Source of the DNA: Cellvibrionales bacterium
GTDB lineage: Bacteria; Pseudomonadota; Gammaproteobacteria; Pseudomonadales; UBA7434
Direction of reading: 5' to 3'
Assembly (NCBI GenBank): GCA_042090785.1
Contig: JBELIP010000004.1
Span: forward strand, 54,045-118,044
DNA: 64,000 nt
Shown here: positions 61,105-64,000 of the stretch, piece by piece
Layout: each line of letters begins with the position of its first letter
How positions within the stretch are numbered: the first letter of the stretch is position 1
Program-made: the position numbers and the translations under genes
Notes under the pieces: generated by a model
What the model was told of the DNA's origin: nothing
Databases searched by the model: none
Seen by the model: only the letters and a program-made list of their open reading frames with translations

Positions 61105-61554
61105 TATAGCGGCGGCCTGCCCATAATAGCGGCCGTCCGAATCAACAATATTCCACACTACTGCATTCTTAATTAAAAACTCCCTACCCGATGCCGCAAT
61201 CCTAATGCCGGTATAGTTATCGATATAACCCTGTTGATTCACCGCAGCTAGTAGACGTCGACGCTCAGCTTGATCAACGGACTTAGCCGATAACCGTGAA
61301 GGTAATTGAACAAACTCATCCCAGCTATATTCAAAAAGTTTTAGCGCAGCAGCGTTACCGAAGTTAAAAACCGGGTCATCTTCTAAGCCATGAGAGAGCA
61401 ATGCGAAAGGCGCGCTGTAAAGCAATTGGATTAAAGGCTTATTAACTGACGCTATTGGTGTAATGAATAATGGTTTTTTCAATAGGCGCTGGTAGCTGTC
61501 GCAAATTAGCTCTGCGTGTTGGTGGTAAAATAATGTATCTAAACAAGGCAACAT
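61102..61554 (-). CDS. stand-alone MEKHLA (PAS-like) domain protein
   Basis: 150 aa. DDPVFNFGNAAALKLFEYSWDEFVQLPSRLSA...QGYIDNYTGIRIAASGREFLIKNAVVWN matches my memory of the bacterial MEKHLA family. Confidence 0.7.
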   Translation of the reverse strand: MLPCLDTLFYHQHAELICDSYQRLLKKPLFITPIASVNKPLIQLLYSAPFALLSHGLEDDPVFNFGNAAALKLFEYSWDEFVQLPSRLSAKSVDQAERRRLLAAVNQQGYIDNYTGIRIAASGREFLIKNAVVWNIVDSDGRYYGQAAAI

Positions 61555-61627
61555 CTTTTATTACTTATCTTTCAGAGATATAAAGTATTATCATCATAAA
61601 TAGCTTTTATTTTTAATGAGTAACGAT

Positions 61628-62419
61628 TTAAATATTTTTTGACGCTTTAATAAACATCAACTCCCAATTCATTAGGCAGGTATTTTCTAATTCAGTATAT
61701 CCCAAGCAATCGCTTATACCTTGCAGTATTAACTTATCATCCGCTTGATCAATACCAAATAACATTTTGCAGTAATTCACCATTTCATCGCTGCTACTAA
61801 AATCCCAAGTGTAATTTTCGACGCTAGAGTCAACAATATTAAAACCGCAACGCTCTATATCTAGCAATGTTTGCTCACAAAAAAATCGGCCTTCGTGGCC
61901 CATACTACTATGCTGGTCAACAAATTGATTTAGAAAGGTATCGACACCCGAACCCTGCCTAACATCGGCCACCACTAAAAAACCGTCATCGGTTAAAAGC
62001 CGGCTAGCCTCTTTATAAAAACCCAGCATATTACTTTCATGATGCAAACCCGACAAACTAATAACACGGTCTATAACTGAAGCCTTTAACGGTATATCGG
62101 TAATACTATCGCAGCTAATGTTGTTATAAATTGCTTTTCCACTCACGTTTTTTTGCTCATTATCATCACAAAGATTTTGTGCAGCATTAGCAAATACTTG
62201 CGAAGTCTCAACAAAATTGAAAGTAATATTGTTATCTAAGATAAAGTTAGATAAATACCCACCACCTGATGGCACATCACAAATAGACATTCCCGCGCTT
62301 AAATCCAGCCAAGAAATCACAGCATTAAACTCTGCCTTTCTGGCATCCGGAAAAGCCTTCATCGCCTGATGATAAAGGTGACCTCGCTGATTAAAGAGCG
62401 CAGTATAGGTTTCAAACAT
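61628..62419 (-). CDS. class I SAM-dependent methyltransferase
   Basis: 263 aa with motif I (ICDVPSGGGYL) and the post-I/II pattern (ISLSGLHH, DGFLVVAD). Its start overlaps the upstream gene's stop by 8 nt (ATGTTTGA). Confidence 0.8.
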   Translation of the reverse strand: MFETYTALFNQRGHLYHQAMKAFPDARKAEFNAVISWLDLSAGMSICDVPSGGGYLSNFILDNNITFNFVETSQVFANAAQNLCDDNEQKNVSGKAIYNNISCDSITDIPLKASVIDRVISLSGLHHESNMLGFYKEASRLLTDDGFLVVADVRQGSGVDTFLNQFVDQHSSMGHEGRFFCEQTLLDIERCGFNIVDSSVENYTWDFSSSDEMVNYCKMLFGIDQADDKLILQGISDCLGYTELENTCLMNWELMFIKASKNI

Positions 62420-63614
62420 AGGTTTTATCTTTAGTAGATTTTTTCAATAAGCGTCTTAGTGAAAACTTTTTAATAAAAACCCTTCGCTCTTTTATTTTAA
62501 TTTTTTTTCGTAAAACGCGAACCCAAGAAGCATTAACGTTATTCTGACAAGCGGCATGATAAAGCGCTTTAAGACTATCTAGCGGACCACCAGCTTGCAA
62601 TGGAAAGTTTGCAAGCATTTCATCACTGGTATCTTTTTTAAAACACTCTGGAAGACTAGAACGAACTATACGAAACGTTAAAATATTACGTATACACTTT
62701 TCACACTCACAACAATTAACGTCTTTTTGCGCACCCTGCCAACACACTCTTAAATACTTCATAGCCTCTGGCCATTCAGCTATTAAACGCGCTTTGCCGA
62801 TACGTCGCTCTTCAGCACCATCATAAATGATTGAAAGCTTGTTATTTCCCATCATTGGGTCAGTAATTGAATTAGAACCATAAGGAAATGACAGCGTTTG
62901 ATAACAGTAAGAACTCGCAATTAACCCCGTATTAAATTTCTTCTGAAACAATAACAGACAAGCACCTAATGCACTGCCAAAGCTAGTTGTCCAGCGAAGG
63001 TATGGATCCATTATTTCTCTGAAATTGGTTGCCATTGGTATAGCATCTACACCAACACTATTCAGCATAACTTCCGCTCGCTTAAACGCGCTATCATAAA
63101 CACTTGCTTGGTTTAAAGGGATATCAAAACCATGAACAAACAGACCCGATTTTAAAGGCTGCGATCGCCTCCCTACTAATTTTTTTGCATGCCGATAAAC
63201 CGTGTAAGAACTATCTACACCACCAGTAAATGTAGCAATAGCAGATGCTTCAGTATGATCATCGGCTTCATCTTCTTCACTATCAGCAACAATAGGTACA
63301 GGCTGCAAGAGATCTATCCAGCGTGACCAAGCAGCTTGATACTCTTCCATGTTTCGGAGTAATGATGCCGATACAGAACCATGTATTTGAATTTTCCTGC
63401 TATGGCGCATAGCCATTAAAACTGTGGCAACTAGAAAATGATCACTATTGGCAGGAAGGGATGACTCATAACTTGACGGAAGCTCATACCAAAGCTCATG
63501 GGAGACGTCTCCCAAGGCAAGGCGCGCGCTTACTTTAACGGTTTCGCCCTTAAACTCAATCGGTTGAGGCCAAATATGTAATATAGGTTTCATTATATTA
63601 AGTATTCTAAACAT
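62412..63614 (-). CDS. uncharacterised protein with a QueC/ExsB-like PP-loop ATP-pyrophosphatase core and a novel N-terminal domain
   Basis: Carries FTGGVDSSYTV (an SGGxDS-type PP-loop variant) and VCWQGAQKDVNCCECEKC (C-x9-C-x2-C-x2-C, spaced like the QueC zinc site). The start is uncertain among GTG 63656, ATG 63614 and ATG 63593. Confidence 0.55.
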   Translation of the reverse strand: MFRILNIMKPILHIWPQPIEFKGETVKVSARLALGDVSHELWYELPSSYESSLPANSDHFLVATVLMAMRHSRKIQIHGSVSASLLRNMEEYQAAWSRWIDLLQPVPIVADSEEDEADDHTEASAIATFTGGVDSSYTVYRHAKKLVGRRSQPLKSGLFVHGFDIPLNQASVYDSAFKRAEVMLNSVGVDAIPMATNFREIMDPYLRWTTSFGSALGACLLLFQKKFNTGLIASSYCYQTLSFPYGSNSITDPMMGNNKLSIIYDGAEERRIGKARLIAEWPEAMKYLRVCWQGAQKDVNCCECEKCIRNILTFRIVRSSLPECFKKDTSDEMLANFPLQAGGPLDSLKALYHAACQNNVNASWVRVLRKKIKIKERRVFIKKFSLRRLLKKSTKDKTYV

Positions 63615-63818
63615 TACATGATGTGGCAAAGTATAAACGAGCCAGCTTACAAACACAGCTTATAATCGAGTCATTAATCCTTTGTATAACGCTTGCATAG
63701 CTAGGAAAGGAAAACAGCAAGGACAGATTGTATGAAAATATATATTTTGAAAAGAGTTTTATTTATACAACGGCTTACGAAGACTTGCAAATAAAGAGTT
63801 TTTCAGTACTAAAGCCAG

Positions 63819-64000
63819 CTATTCTTCAGTGAACAAATCACCCACATCACAACGTAAGCTTTTTGTGATTTGAGTTAAGGTTTTCAACGTCGTATTTTGC
63901 CCTGCATTCTCCAACCGCGTTAACGTGGCTCTTGATATACCCAATTTACGGGCAAACGCATCTTGCGATAATTTACCGCGTCGCGCTTTCAGGTTTTTGG
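63819..64000 (-). CDS. XRE-family helix-turn-helix regulator (C-terminal part; the 5' end lies beyond the window)
   Basis: My reverse-strand translation gives ...KNLKARRGKLSQDAFARKLGISRATLTRLENAGQNTTLKTLTQITKSLRCDVGDLFTEE-stop, a classic Cro/C1-type HTH. Confidence 0.8.
   Translation of the reverse strand, partial: KNLKARRGKLSQDAFARKLGISRATLTRLENAGQNTTLKTLTQITKSLRCDVGDLFTEE

Overview
Chromosomal window from a moderately AT-rich gammaproteobacterium whose gene order closely follows Pseudomonas. The exact taxon cannot be named from sequence alone. Positions 1 to about 35.4 kb are mostly housekeeping genes. They include lysS-prfB (with the classic +1 frameshift site), pepA-holC-valS, ttcA, mdh, a small accessory patch (VPLPA/PEP-CTERM-type secreted protein, an 85-aa ORF, MarR) and tRNA-Pro(GGG). 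These are followed by MerR-ihfA-pheT-pheS-rplT-rpmI-infC-thrS, grxD, argD-argF, an esterase, glpK, nrdA-nrdB, a degT/2OG-oxygenase/lipoprotein operon, a cold-shock-domain gene, yciH and a TIGR02001-type outer-membrane protein. Positions 35.8 to 61.1 kb are a polar-flagellum region ordered as in P. aeruginosa: flgBCDEFGHIJKL, fliC, flaG, fliD, fliS, a FliT/FleP-position ORF, fleQ, fleS and fleR on the minus strand, and flgA-flgM-flgN on the plus strand. I could read sigma-54 promoters for flgB and fleS and sigma-28 promoters for fliC and flgM. The last 3 kb hold an AT-rich set of uncharacterised genes: an XRE regulator, a QueC-like PP-loop protein, a SAM methyltransferase and a MEKHLA protein. 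I saw no CRISPR array, transposase, integrase, toxin-antitoxin pair or recognisable defence system, and I cannot honestly claim a clearly novel system. The best candidates for something undescribed are listed below. (1) The PP-loop/methyltransferase/MEKHLA operon next to flgN. (2) The degT / SEC-C-2OG-oxygenase / lipoprotein operon, which has a 5x15-nt in-frame ATG-bearing repeat. (3) An unusual density of short tandem duplications in intergenic and linker regions, especially inside the flagellar cluster. (4) Hook, hook-junction, cap and filament proteins all enlarged by IN-motif-like modules. (5) A 90-bp perfect duplication that includes the 3' end of tRNA-Pro. (6) An orphan intrinsic terminator between grxD and argD. 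All coordinates of non-ORF features were read by hand and may be off by a base or two.
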